From Basidiobolus meristosporus CBS 931.73 (Eukaryota > Fungi > Basidiobolomycota), in contig MCFE01000190.1 in NCBI GenBank assembly GCA_002104905.1, forward strand, positions 73,089 through 137,088: a stretch of DNA of 64,000 bases, in the 5' to 3' direction. Under the pieces are notes generated by a model. That model saw nothing but the letters and a program-made list of their open reading frames with translations, did no database searches and had not been told where the DNA came from. The translations under genes and the position numbers were made by a program. This document shows, piece by piece, positions 47,568 to 61,287 of this stretch. Positions within the stretch are counted from its first letter, which is position 1. Each line of letters begins with the position of its first letter.

Positions 47568-48746
47568 ATGCCTTCTCAAACTCCGGCCCGTGATAGTCTC
47601 GCATTCAAATCTTGGGACTCCCAAGAATGGCGCACCAACCTTTCCTCCATGCAGAAGACTGTGCTTTGGTTCAAGGCCATCCGAAGCGCTCGAGCAATAC
47701 AGATTGAGAGCATGCTAGACCTCTTCCCAGACCTGATGCACGTGAGGATGATCGAAAATCCACAATACTCATTAAGCATCCCTCGAGAATTTCACCATAT
47801 TCTGGGCAAGGGTACTTCTGGGATGACTGCACTCCATTACTCCCTTCTTTGCCTGGTTTCTGAGAAGTTGCAGACTATCACCACTTGTAATCTGGAGGTC
47901 CTGCACAACAGAATCTATATTGTTAATCTTATGATTCAGGTACTATATCTCACTTGTTATTCGCTTTATAGCAAAGCTAACTAATTTCATCGAAACTGAC
48001 AGTACTCAAGCTCGTCCGAAATCACGGAGTCACGCTGGGGATATTCGAATACTGCGCTTCACTTGGCCGCTCTCACTCGTGATGAGAATATCATAAACAA
48101 ATTACTCAACAAAGGTGGAGGTACCGGTGTACAAAACCAGTTTGGGTTGACTCCTCTTGATATCATATATAATACCCCGTGCCTGCAGTCCCTTCACACA
48201 CGGGCGGTTTCATCACGTAATCAAAATTACACACCAGTTGGGTGTACAGAGCGCAGGGGTCGCAGCCGCCAATTGAAGCCACTTAATGAAACTGCAAGAT
48301 ACCTTACTACTGAGCCATTAAGCCTCGGCAAAATTCTTTCTGAGCGAGAAAACTCACCCCCAAGATACCAGTTTAGCTCCCCAGTTACGCAACTCTCCAA
48401 CCAGAATGACAGTGAAACGATTCATATTGAATCCTCGCGCCTTACCAGGGATATATCCGATACCATCACTATTAAGAGCGCGAAGGAGATGAAGCCTGTA
48501 CGTATGGATTCCTCGGAAACACTGGTGGAAATCACCAAGAAGCAGCGCAAGAAATCTTTGGATCTGGGATCCTTTATTAGCATGGTGAAGAAAAGATGGA
48601 ATCTAACAAAAAAGAATGAACGCCTATCCCAGGATAAATCAAAGTCAACGTGGGATAAACCAAATGTTGAGTTTGATACGTGCTGGAAGGCTAGCTCAAA
48701 GCGATATAGCGTATTATCTTTGAACTCGGTTAAAACCGGTGTTTAA
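47568..48746 (+). CDS. Ankyrin-repeat protein, 371 aa. Exons 47568-47939 and 48003-48746
   Basis: GMTALHYSLL and NTALHLAA...LLNKGGGTGVQNQFGLTPLDI. The intron gtacta...ctgacag has a ctaac branch point. The C-terminal half is low complexity. Confidence 0.8.
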
Positions 48747-49904
48747 TGTAAGATATGGGGCATCGGGGGATCCTTTTGATTTCATTGTTTATTGTTCATC
48801 TGACTTCAATGTATATTTTGTTTCTATTTCAGCTATGTACATGCTACATCATTCACTTCTTGCAACTCTCATTAACTCACAGCAGCGTTTTTCTCTTATC
48901 AACCTACATTTTGACTGATTGATTCATCAAAACCCAATAAAAACTTATCAACAATATACCAGATCTTCCGCTTTGCATTTCTACGGTTAGAAGCATTTGG
49001 AGGTCAGCTATTTTTTGTGCGGCATTTTCCCTAATTGGGCGGTCCAAGATGTCTTGTTTTATCAACAGATCTCACCCAGATTTGGTCAGATAGCGATGCC
49101 AAACTGAGGTCATACTAATATATCCTGTTTTGCATCGACATACCAGAATTTGGCATGAGTGTCAAACCGGCACAACTAGTACTGAGGAATCAAGTATGTT
49201 TTCCCACTGATGAACACTCGAATTCAGACAGCCCACTTACCGTTCTAAGCTATGAGATTCAGCGAATGAAGATTGATATGAAATGAGGGACCTATTTGAT
49301 ATCTGTATAGACAATAGAAGACCCTGTCCACACCACTTTTACCCTGCATCTTCGTTCGAAATCTTGCTCCAAGCTTTGCTCTCTGGTGCAAGCATAAGTT
49401 CACACAAGTTGTTGTGAATAAATGCCAAAAGACTGGGCAAGCCAACAGCCTCCCTAGTATTTTCCCTTTGACTATTTTCTCAAGAATCTGCATTCCTCGC
49501 TGTATACAGTGATTAGGTAGACTTCGTTGTGATTGAATTTGTTTGAAGAAATGTAGTCAGCATTGTTTTGCTGTAAGTAATGTTTGATCTAAAGCAAGTA
49601 GCTATTTACCGTGCTGGTAAAGTGGATACTCAGTGGTTGATGTATTGTCAAGTTTTAATCCTTATCAATCCCAGGAATATGCAGACGTATTAAGATGCAG
49701 TCACACAGTAATGGTAGGTGAGATCCAATACATTTTAAAAAAAAATGGAAACATGTTTTGACCTGTATCCAGCTAGTGCACATATTTAAAATGGAGACAT
49801 TTGAAACTAAAAAGTACGTTTTTCCCGGTCACTGATAGCACAATATTCAACATTCGGATATCCAAATTTCTTGCGAGAAGGAGTAATAAGAGGAAGCTCT
49901 GATT

Positions 49905-51948
49905 ATGGCAAAACGAAACACTGATCCGACAGTGGAAAGAGCCCTAAATACCACTATGTATGACCCTCAAGAAGCTATTTCCCGCCATAGTGCTCAGCCT
50001 CAGGCCATGTCTTCATCAAGTCAAGTAGGACGAGTACCCCCACCGATTCCCTCTCGAGCGACAAAGCCCCCACCACGAATAACAAGACCATCGCTTTCTC
50101 CAATACTGCCGCCACATCATACTTCTCAGCAACCAAATTCTCAGCAGAGAGTTACTTCAACTGTTGAGATACCTAGTATAGCAATTGAAACCATGACGTC
50201 TCCAACCCTTCAGCCTGCGATGACTGGGAATGCTGAAACCACCCCTGCAAGTACTCGTTTTGCCAATATCCCGCCGACCACCAGTAACACTCGCTTCAAT
50301 TTTCGCTCGAGATTTAGAGATTGGGTTGCGGTAGTGCTTTTTTGGATTCATATTGGTGGATACGTTGTGATTTCCTATTTCGCGTTTAAAGGTATATCCT
50401 CACCAGTGAGAAATTCGGCCGGTTTATCGGACCCTTTGTTTGGATCGAACTCACTAAAAATGTACGGTATTGTCTGCTTGATTGGGCTGTTCTTCAGCCT
50501 CGTTTGGATTGTACTACTTGTAAGGTAGGTATCAAAGGACTTAGATATCCTATGGTACATTCACTCTGACACAATGCCACATAGATTCTCGAGGGCTTTT
50601 ATGCTGTCGATCTATGGAATATCTGTCTTGGTATTCCTTGGGGTGACTATTATGCTTGGAGTGTTCAAGATGTACGTACTATTGGTGATAACAGCGTTCT
50701 TGGCGATATTCTATATGGGGAATTGGTGGTTATGGAGAAGCAGATTATGCTTTACCTCCAACCTGATCAACAGCATTGCCCGTGTTGCAGCAAAATATCC
50801 GATGATTTGGATATTAACTGCGTTGGGGCTGCTATTTCATACTGCTTTCAGCGCCTGGTGGTTCATCGTGGTATGGTGAGCCTTGATATTTCTGATATGA
50901 CACTTCTAATATGCTCTTTTTTGCATAGATGATGGGCTCCTATCAGTTTTTTGGGGGATTAGTCTGCTCATCATCTTATGACGAGACTACTGGCTCTACT
51001 ATTACTTCTTGCACCAACATTGTATTGACACTGATTCTCTTGTACTCCATCTTTGCCTTCTACTGGATAAGCCAAGTAAGTTCAGAGGCTTTGTTGGGAT
51101 GGTAATTCGAGTGATATCTAAACGTATTGCTTCTTAGGTGGTCAGATACGTCATTCATGTCTCGGTTGCTGGAATATTCAGCTCCCATTATTTGGTATGT
51201 AACCATGCCGAATTGCGGTACCCAAGTATCCGGAGCGTCCTTAGAGCATCCACAGCCTCTTTCGGGAGTATATGCTACGGCTCCTTGATACTCCCAACAG
51301 TACGCTCCTCGACTTCCCTTGTATTGTGCGTCACAGGTGAGAATAGGGGATGCTTCTCTGGACTAAGCAACTTCTTCCTCAAGTCGGCAAGCTTCGTCAA
51401 TGTTTATGGGTTTACCCATATTGCCATATATGGAAAGTCATATTGTTTAGCTGCACAGGTATTGGAAATACATATTTCATGTGGAGGGTGATTCCATTCT
51501 AACACCCTATGCATAGGACTCGTGGAATGCCATCCATGATAAGAAAATATCCACTCCATTAAATCAAGGACTAGCAGGAAGCGTAATCATGCTTGGTAAA
51601 CGAATCCGTTACAAACCACCTAGAGCTATAGGTTCTACGCTGACGATGATTTTACTCTATGCTCTAGCAAACCTACTTTTGGGAACTCTAGTGGGATTGT
51701 TCACTTTCCTATACCTGACTATGACGGTACCGGAAATCACCCATCAACGCACCTTAATTACCTGCCTTACCCTCTACTCCGGCATAGTGGGATTCAGCTT
51801 CTTTAACTTGACTTCCGAATGGGTTCAAGCTGGTAACATTGCTACGTTTGTCGCTATAACAGAAGACTTGGACCTATTTTCCAGCCTTAACCCGGCCCTG
51901 ATCGAAATGGTAAGCATTGACGAAAGTGTGTATCGGCACTGGTGCTGA
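49905..51948 (+). CDS. PNS1: Choline-transporter-like (CTL/SLC44) protein, 577 aa. Exons 49905-50524, 50585-50870, 50929-51075, 51138-51458, 51517-51595, 51668-51948
   Basis: Pro-rich N-terminus and motifs RFRDWVAVVLF, HVSVAG, SFGSICYGSL and FTHIAIYGKSY. Multiple TM helices. Five GT-AG introns give a continuous frame. Confidence 0.85.
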
Positions 51949-52639
51949 CTTTCAAAACCGTCTTTAGATCGAGAAGGAGGGCGGCCTCGGTTGAATAGTG
52001 TTGGACAACGATGTTCCGCGTGGTTACGGCCATAAAGATAGAGTTTGTCGGTTAATTTGGATATCTCACACCCCTCTCCATGATATTTGTGGAAGCTTAG
52101 GTGAAATGAAACTCATCTTGATATTACCTTTAATGTCTCCACTCTAACATAAAAAGAATCATTCATTTCTGATTCGTGAGGCAACTGTTTCGATGCATAA
52201 TAGAACATCGTTGGGTAGTACCAAAGCATCTTATGAATGATCCAAATATTACCAACCTAAATAAACTCTTTTCATAACATACTTTCGGGCGATATGGTGT
52301 TCTTGAAAGTATTAAGAACTTCGCACCTATTTTGGGGTTTTCTAGAAGGCGTAACTGCCAGCAAAATCAAATTGATATCTAATTAAGGAAACTGAATATG
52401 GCGGCCGATGGCTGCATCGTATTTGCTAGAGCGAAGAAGCTACCATGGACCGTCTTTCGAGATGGCAACGTGGAGGGAATTACATAAACTGGCTCGCCAG
52501 AATTTATTTCTTCTATTTCACAAAGATCATAATACAATACTTGCTTGTACGCTACGGGGTGACAGTTGAATTTGAAAATCACGGAAACTCATCAACCAAG
52601 TCATATAAGCTGTCTGGGAATAGGAAGGCCTATTTGACT

Positions 52640-53697
52640 TTAGTACACTCGCTCGTAGTTGGGTAACATCAGCTCTCGGTAGGAAGGTAAAGTGTGTGCT
52701 GCTCGAGAATATCTTGGCGGCGCGTTATATTGACTACTCAGTTTGGGAATAATCACGATAGGAAGGCTGGTCCTGACCGTACTACGTGCACCGTAAGCGT
52801 CGGAAAACTCAATCTTCGCGATAACTTTATGCTCTACTTGAATGAACGAGCTCTCTGCGTCGTACGACATGATTCTTTCGTTAGGTACAAACAGTGACCA
52901 TGTTTTTTTGAATCCTTCCTCCACAAGATCTGACGCCTTAAATGATACTTGGGTTATCATCTTGCTCCAAGGGCCAAAATTCCCTTTGCTTGGAACATGA
53001 TAACTGGTATTCTGAATGATTCCCCAGGAAACCTTCTTGATCCGTAGGCCCTCAATTAACGGATCTACGCCAATGGTTATATCAACGGCTTCACTTGGAT
53101 GAAAGAAATTCTTGGAAATGCTTAAATCGTAGCTAAACCTATCTTTACAAGATCCGTGGCTATTGGGATGTGTTTGAGAGAATGTCCAGAGAGATAGCAG
53201 CCTATGGATATGAATTTTTCTTTCCGCTGTAAGATTCCCAAAAATAGAGGTTTTCTCAGCCATGGCCTTTAATTTGTATTCAATAACGCCACCATCGGCT
53301 TGCATTGAAGGTGGCAATTCTCCTTCCAAAGGAATTTCAAAATTGTACTTGTATGTGCCAGGGGCAAATTTTGTCACCTTCTCAGTGCCTTCGAGATAGC
53401 TCCATTTATGTGAAACTAGGATTTGTTGATGTGTCCCGATATCTAACGGGCAGTGAAACTGTTAGTTCTCAAGTACCAAGTACCTTACTGAAAACCCTCC
53501 ATTTACTTACCGCAAGAGCTTTTATGGCTAGATAATTTAACCTTTCCTTCAAAGACTAGCGTAATGGCTTTCAATTTTGTGTTCTCTGTAAGGCCAAGGA
53601 CTAGGCATCCTCTTAAAACGCAACCGGCGGACTCCTCTGCTGTACCCAGCATGACTAAGTTTTCCTCCAGAACTTGTATCATTAGCTGTGAAGACAT
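52640..53697 (-). CDS. Alpha-arrestin (arrestin-related trafficking adaptor), 329 aa. Exons 53511-53697 and 52640-53442
   Basis: LRGCLVL, FAPGTYKYNFEIPLEGELPPS, IEYKLKA, IQVEHKV, and C-terminal PY motifs PPRY and LPSY. Confidence 0.9.
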
Positions 53698-55192
53698 CTT
53701 GTATTATCCGAGAGGGTTCCTTTGTGATATCTATCACAACGCCGAGTACGCTTCAAAAATGGAGGTGAGGTGGAGGGTTGTAGGGCATATATTTATATAC
53801 GCTGCAGCGTGACTTCGAGTCTGGTATCAGAACATTAAGACACTGGAATTTTGCAATTAACCATAGTCACCGGATACTCCACAGAGAACATTTCCTTGGA
53901 CAAATGGATGGCCATTTGACAGAAAAGCTTCCGCGGAATAAAAGGACTTGGATCATTCCAAATATGTGTTTAGCTAGATTAATCAAACTATACACGCAAC
54001 TAAGCCAACGCCACACTGTCATCATTACTGGTCGGAGTTTCTCCAATATATATACATCTTCCCGATGTACATAAATGTATTCAGAGTTTACTATAGAAAA
54101 ACACTTGGATAGCGTCCAGATTACCATTTACGTTGCCCACCACAACGGCATCATTAGGGTGTAGATTCAGCTCTTTTATGCAAGTAGCATCAGATTCCGA
54201 TGAATCAGAAATGCACGAGAGCCATGCGAACATGGATGCACCCAGAATAGAGCCCATGATAAACTGATCGCCACCTGCGTATATGATACAGCTCCAGCCA
54301 CAATTTACATCAAATCGTCACGTAATACTCAATCGCAGCCCATATCAACCGCTGGATTTTGTTTAATGTTTAAACCAGTGTCACCAATGCGTTATGCATT
54401 TTGATGTGATTTTTGTGCGTCTCGGCTGTGGAGCATACCACACACTTGTTTAAACATTGGATGCAATATCCTGGTAATAAAAGATAATCGAGGTTTCACG
54501 ACGGTGTCAACTGATATTACAAATGATGAGAAAGACTATGGTTTTTGATAATCAACCGTACCATTGTGCAGTGTTGATGTGAAAGTAAGTGTCTATGCCA
54601 CAAAAACCAATAGTTGCTTTGTTTATGCAACGAAGGGTAAATTTTTCTGGTTGCGAGCGCTTACATGGATTTGAGGTATAATAGGAAAGGGGAGTTGCTC
54701 CTTCATTATTAATCAACCATCCACGCCTGATTATATATCCCACTTTCGTCAACGTAGAGATTGAAGCACATTGGCTACACCGATTCTCGTAATATCCTGA
54801 TCTCCAAATGCAGATAGAATATTGTTGACGATTCAAATTGGCCTAATATCCCTCAGTTATGATTGGTTTGAAAGAATCTTCCATCGACAACAATGTGATC
54901 ACAAAAAAGATTCGAACGGTTACTCAGCAAATTTTCGATACGTAAGCAAAAATATTATTGATGTCATTTGTAAGAATCCACTGATGTCTAACGATGCAGT
55001 TGAGGTTGGCTACAAATTAGTACTTCGACCTGTGATGACGAATACTGGAACTCTACCCAAATATGGTCAAGATGAAGAGGTTTAATAATACAACCCCGGT
55101 AGATTAGAACCTGGGCAGTATTTGATCTTGGTTGACGCATATAAAGGTTGACCATCACATAGTTACTCTTTATTCATTAGATCTTGTATAAC

Positions 55193-55566
55193 ATGCCTAT
55201 TCAACACGTTTCAACTGAATCTGAGTTCCAAGAACTCTTGAACAGCGGCAAATTCATTGTTGTCGATTTCTTCGCTACCTGGTGTGGGTAAGTAGTCAAA
55301 CGTTGTAGGAAAACATTAGCAGCAATTAACTTATCTCCTGCAGTCCTTGCAAACTTGTTGCCCCCAAGTTCGAGAAACTCTCCGATGAACACCCCGAGGC
55401 CGTTTTCGTTAAGGTCGATGTTGACGAGCTCCCTGACGTTGCTGCCAACGCCTCTGTCCGTGCCATGCCTACTTTCCACATCTACAAGGATGGTCAAAAG
55501 GTTGCTGAAGTCGTCGGCGCCAACCCTGCCAAGCTCATCGAAACCGTCAAGGCCACCCTTGCTTAA
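55193..55566 (+). CDS. trx: Thioredoxin, 105 aa. Exons 55193-55287 and 55344-55566
   Basis: VVDFFATWCGPC, with the active site split by a 56-bp intron, plus FVKVDVDE, AMPTF and VVGAN. Confidence 0.97.
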
Positions 55567-56189
55567 ATTCCATGAACTTTATCAATCCCGCACTATCATA
55601 TACGCTGTTATGTCGCATGTATTGAAATCGAGAGCTAAATATCAATTAAAAATTTATCGTTAATCCCGCGTACAAGAGACATCTTTTCACAGCCATGGTT
55701 TTAGAGTTTTTACCCTCTTGCCCTAAAATCCGATTCATCCGTCTTTGCATTTCACACCGGGTTATTCGTTATATTAACATGAAGTGTATGCACATCTTAA
55801 ATAATTAGGCTAATGTGTGGGTAGACATCTGCATGAGAGGTTGATAAGAGAGCTTTACGCTGCCAAGTAGTAACGCGATGTCATGATTGTTGATAACAAT
55901 GACGAGTCAGCCCAAGCCCGGTTTATCAAGTTTAAATTACAAGTTTATGAGAACTTTGGCTTAAACCACCCCCTATACGCGTTTAACAAGGATATCTTGA
56001 ACATATAATTAATGATCAACTCAGAGTCAGGGCGCAAGTATGTATTGATAGTCTATATTTGAGATTGAGGGCCCAAGTCACTAATTAAGCGTCAAAATGA
56101 AAACGAATTCAATGTACAGATACTGCTTTGGAATACAATCAACGAGCTTTAGATGTGGACGATGCATCAGGTGTGTAGATTCAATGATA

Positions 56190-57829
56190 TCAGAAGGAAA
56201 CGTCTCCTCTAAAAGTTTCCACTAAAAGATACAGATTCAAGCCAAGGATCACAGTTGCTACCACCGTGGCTATGATCTTCAGCCACCATGGATTAGAAAA
56301 GTCCACCTTATTGGTGCTTAGTGATCGGTCAGATGCTTGCTCATTTGTGCCTGTAGATGCTGGGGAGAGCGTTCCATAGGAGGCATTTGCGTATTCACTT
56401 GGATTCGTGCCGTGGTTTTCAACCTCTAGGGTCATGATTTTTTCGTTACCAGTAAACATTACCAGAGGAATTACGGCGAAGGGAAGTTGGATACTTAAGG
56501 CAACCTGACTGGCAATTAGCAAACCGTTGAGTCCATCGGCACCTTTTACAATTGCAACAATCATGGCCGGGATAATGGCTAACGAGCGTGTAATCAGCCT
56601 ACGAAGCCATGGGCGAATGGAGAGGCCCAAAAAGCCCTCCATGACAATTTGCCCAGCCAGAGTAGCAGTGATGGTTGAGCTTTGACCTGACAATAATAGA
56701 GCAAACGCAAATATAAAGCCTGCTGCAGGGCCAAGATATTTGGTTAAAAGTTGATGAGCATCAAAAAGGTCTGCTACGACGGTATGCGGAAATGGCCCAT
56801 AATAGAAGGCGCCTGCCGAAACAATCAAAATAGCAGCATTAATAAATACCGCAAATGTCAGAGCAACCATACAATCGAGAATGCTAAATTTGATGGAGTT
56901 TCTGATCTGCTCTATCCATGAAGTGCCGGTTGTATAGGTGCCGAGTAATTGCTCCTGATCTTCTTGAGACTTTGGTGACCGGACTTTTACAACGTGTGAA
57001 TGCAGGTAAAGATTGTGTGGCATCACAGTGGCACCAACTATACCGATGGAGATGTAAAGTGCATCTGGATTCGTAAAAATGACTTTCGAAGGAATAAACC
57101 CGAGAAATACTTGCTCCAGATCCGGCTTGACGTAAAACAACTCGAGCATAAAGCATCCTCCAACTGCCATGACTAGTAGTACAACGAATATCTCAAAGAA
57201 TCGGACAGATTTGACTGAGTCGTTTCGATAGCTGAGCAGAATCACCAAAACATCCAGCGTTGTTATCAGCACTCCAATGGGCAGGGATATACCGAAAAGC
57301 ATATTGAGCGCGATTGCTGAGCCAATAACTTCGGCTAGGTCACAAGCAACGATGGCCAGTTCACAAATGATATATAGCCCTATATTAACCAGAGGTGGGT
57401 AATATTTACGGCAAGCTTGTGCCAAGTCACAACGAGTTACTACTCCCAGTTTGATAGCTAAGCCTTGTAATACCACTGCCATGAAATTGGATATAAGAAT
57501 GACGAAGAGGAGCGAATATCCGAAGCGGGATCCTCCTGTATATCACTGGAATTAGGCATACGGTAGATTCAACACTGCAGACCACTATTAACTAACCCTC
57601 CAAATCTGTAGCCCAGTTACCAGGATCCATGTAGCCAACAGCAATCACTAAATGTTGAGATAAAAGTGTTATTTTGACGCCCCGTGTCTATTTGTAAATG
57701 CAAACGGTATGTACTGTATCCGGGTCCCAGAAAAGCTAAAAACTTTCTAAAGCCCTCGCGGAAGGATTTCCAACCGGAGAGCCTACGGCCTATATTTCCA
57801 CTGATACTTGACATCTCTGCTTCGTTCAT
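56190..57829 (-). CDS. NRAMP (Smf-type) Mn/Fe transporter, 503 aa. Exons 57715-57829, 57597-57647, 56190-57535
   Basis: GPGYMIAVGYMDPGNWATD, EVIGSAIAL, GATVMPHNLYLHS and QSSTITATLAGQIVMEGF. The metal-binding DPGN and AxxM residues are intact. Confidence 0.96.
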
Positions 57830-58814
57830 TTTTTAAGCTTGGGTGGGTTGCATTCGGCGTTGGAGCGAATTGTAGGTTTGGTCTTGCAACTACAGGTATC
57901 AATAAAGAGGCAACAGAGTATATAAATTCTATCAGGAAACTATACCAATTGGCTAAGAGCTATGTCATGCTGATTGGTAGTGACTGCTTCCTAATTGGAA
58001 TAGCTCTATTACAAATCGCATATAGAGAATCCACACGAAATTCTTTAATTAAGCTATAGATGGCCAATCAGCTATTGCTCTCTCAAAGCGGCCGAAGGAG
58101 TATGACTAATCATAGGAGGTGATAAGATGAATACATCGATAATCATAAAATTATGTCATAAAACATAAAGCCTGGAAATATGCAAATCACCGCATCTGAG
58201 TTACCGAAGTTCATGATGGATAAGTAGGAGGAAATGCAGCAATTGTATGCTCCAAAGTATACTTACCATTATCTACTCGCAAAGTGTATAGGCTGGTAGC
58301 CATGCTAAGTTTGGTACACTAGTTGCTAATTTAGGAGTATAAGGGTCATGAGAGGCAAGCAAATGGTCGTGATTGGGGGGATCCATTTGTACTCAGGGCT
58401 GACCTATCTATTTCAAAGGCGGGGGGTAGGCGAATATCAACATGTGCGTTGATTGAGCGTGGACTGTACATAACAATACATTAGCACAGAGAATCCCTAA
58501 TAAATAGGCCAACATGGCGAATCTATATATTAGGGAATTCTCCAAACCAGCATATTTATCTAGTGGAACTTTGTGATTTGATTGACCAGAGTATATTGTT
58601 CTGCTAGACACATTCAAGAATGTTTAATTGCACCGGCCTAAAATACCATTATTGACCTGTAATTGCACTCAATAAATATGGTTGTTTGGGAGATACTTTA
58701 CTGGGTTGACTGCATATGATGATTGTCACTGTAATGTTGTATCTGTCAAGTGTTACATGAGGGTAAGACCATCACATTGAAAAGTATTTACTTCCACATA
58801 TTTTGGGTTAGGAG

Positions 58815-58999
58815 CATTGTGAGAGTTTTGGAGATATTGGAAGTGACTGGGAGAACAAGTAAATTATGTGGTTTTCACTTAATAATTGATTGAATGTGAA
58901 AGTAGAACTTATACTTTTCATGGTTTTGGCATGACAGACACATAAAATATGTCTAGAAAGATCCCAAGAGCTTAGCTTACCTAATTTTCATGTTTGGGG
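58815..58999 (-). repeat. Older, internally deleted reverse LTR fragment interrupted by a younger LTR
   Basis: ttggagatattggaagtgactgggagaacaagt... matches the LTR 3' end in reverse. It stops at ttttcatgtttgggg, where the next TGTTGTAAGAG begins. Confidence 0.8.
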
Positions 59000-59272
59000 T
59001 GTTGTAAGAGTCTTGGAGATACTGGAAGTGATTGGGAGAACAAGTAGATTATGTGGTTTTCACTTTGATAATTGATTGAATGTTAAAGTAGTATTTATAC
59101 TTTTACATGATCTTGGCATAACAATCATGTAGAATAGGTTAAGGAAGGTCCCAAGAACATGTGAGCAAAGTTTGGGGCTGTTTGGACAACTTTGAGAATT
59201 TTCATGTTCTGGGTTCCTGGTATTTTGGTGAAAATATTCTAAGTAAATCCCAACAAGGAATTTGGTCAGTAT
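59000..59272 (-). repeat. Reverse LTR, about 93% identical to the copia 5' LTR, truncated (lacks LTR positions ~1-76)
   Basis: About 18 differences over 272 bp against 61365-61636 by manual alignment. Confidence 0.92.
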
Positions 59273-61287
59273 AAGGTTAGGGGGGAGACAGTCACCAACA
59301 GGTGAAATCTTTATTTCAGTTGAAACAAAGAAGCCAGTGCTACTGTTGTAGCTTTGATACAAGAGTGTGTAGCTGAGGGGAATTGGTAGGTAAGTTAATA
59401 AGAAGTGATGATAGTTCTTCAGTGCTCAAGACACTGTTCAGTGGGAAGGGGGGTAGCATGAGAGGTAGGAATGACTTGTGAACAACATTAATGAGGGGAA
59501 TGTGATAATGATTGATATTCATCATAAAGGGAGTGTGCTGCTTCAGATATTGCTGCCAAAGGTCTGTCAAGTATTTCAGGTATGCCAGCATGGGTTTTTC
59601 TGACTGCAGAATATAGTGAGCAAACTTCTTGACTTCAGGATCTCCAAGTATAGTTCTCCAGCAGGAGTCAGGTGTAGTGTGGTGTGTTCTCTTCCAGGCC
59701 TTAATCAGTGGGTTGTTGCAGTGGTGAAGTCTGAGATATAATCTGGTTCTAAGGTAGAGAAGTCTGATCTTATAGGGCATAAACCCAAAAGCACCAAGAA
59801 TAGCATGTCTGTAGGGGCATTCAGGCAAATGAGGCACCAAGGAGGTAATGCACCATACTGCAAACTTGTCAAGCTTAGTGCAGTCTCTAGAAGTAAGAGA
59901 GAGAAGTGGTAAGCCAAATTCCAGGACAGGGAAGACAAACTGCTTGAGTAGAAGGAGGCAGCTGGGAGCTGAAGTTGTAGGAGGAGTAACAGCCAGTAGC
60001 TTGTGGAGTGCCTGTCTTGCCAGGATAATTCTCTTCTTCAGGTGTGCTCCAGAGTCTAGTCCAGTAGGAAGGAAAGGAAAGCCAAGATATGTAGCAGAAT
60101 TCTGAGCATGTAGAGTGGAGTTCTCCAAGTTGATGGGAGAGCCCAAAGGTACTGTCTTTGCAATGGAAAGCTGGAGATTATTCTTCTGCAGATACTGGTG
60201 GATGGTCTGGGAGTCTTGTTGCACATTGGAGGAGGATATTCTGATGTCATCAGCAAAGAGAGTAACCAGGCAGTCAGCTGAGAGTCTTGGGAAATCATTC
60301 AGGAAGATGGCAAACAGTATAGGACCAAGCATAGAGCCTTGAACCACTCCATTGGGAACTGAGAACACAGCTGATTGCTCACTTGGGTTAAGAATTCTTG
60401 CTTGTGGATCCAGAAACAGAGACCTGACAAGGAGGGTGAGAGAGGTACTGGAGAAGCATTGCAACTTGGACCAAAGCAGATTTCTGTCAACTGAATCAAA
60501 GGCCTTAATAATATCAAACAGAATGGAGGGATACTTGCACTGGAGAGAGTGATCTTGGCTAAGTATGACTGCATATTCCAAGGAGAGGCCAGGAACAAAG
60601 CCAAACTGTGCAGGGTGAAGCATGAGGGAGTCAGAGTAGAGCTCCTGAGCAAGCAGAAGCTCAAACACCTATCTGCAGGTGGGCAGCAGAGATATTAGCC
60701 TGTAGGAGCTAGGATTCAGGTGCTTTCCTTTACCCTGGTACAGTGGCAGAACATTTGCAAAGGACCATTCCTCAGGAGTAGAAAGCTGGGCTGAGCATTG
60801 CTGAAACAGTGGAAGCAGAAGTGCAGACATGGCCTTAGTACTAGTCTTCAGAAGCTCATAGGAGATTGTGTCCACACCTGGGACAGTAGAGTTGGGAAGC
60901 CTCTTGAGCACATAGTGGATTCTCCCTTGATCAAGTGCAAGTGGGATGGGCAGAGTCTTGAAGCCAGGATGAAAGCCAGGAGTTGAGAACTACTTTGTAG
61001 AGAAGAAGATGTTAGCCAGCTGTTCTGTTGAAGGTAACTTCCTGGAAGAGGGCCTCATTGCCCTGTAGAGTTTTGATACTGTTCTTGTTATAGAGCTGGA
61101 AGATTGCAGAGGCAAAGAACTCATAATGTGGTCCCAGAACTGCGTATGCAGAGAGTGGTGAATTGCCTTGGAGTGGTGTATGGCTGTCAGGAGTGGTTTC
61201 TCTGTTTTTGGGTTAGGGAAACTCATGTAGCTTTGTTGCATGGATAGGGTGTAGGTGTTATAGTAAGGGCTAAGAAAAGGTTAGAAG
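59273..61287 (-). mobile_element. Decayed non-LTR retrotransposon (LINE) fragment: RT-encoding frame with two in-frame TAG stops, no endonuclease domain visible
   Basis: One frame runs 61280 to 59340: PGVDTI, W-x-x-A-N-V-L-P-L-Y-x-G-K-G, YRLISLLP, QFGF, DIIKAFDSV, GVVQGSMLGPILF, LFADD. Stops at 60990-60992 and 60669-60671. AATAAA at 59310-59315 (minus strand). Confidence 0.93.

Noticed and set aside
5479-57829. Metal-homeostasis gene cluster (ferritin, molybdate transporter, thioredoxin, NRAMP)
   Set aside because: The genes are spread over 52 kb with many unrelated genes between them, and no shared motif arrangement was found. Chance co-location is sufficient.
57900-58230. Iron-regulon promoter upstream of NRAMP (several CCAAT/ATTGG boxes, GATAAG at ~58121 and ~58219)
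   Set aside because: None of the CCAAT boxes I tested fits the CSAAT-N12-RWT spacing, and the GATA sites lack the extended consensus. These are short motifs expected by chance.
61207-61218. Telomere-like GGGTTAGGG snippets around the LINE and at ~58805
   Set aside because: These are single units, one of which encodes FPNP in the LINE frame. There is no tandem array.
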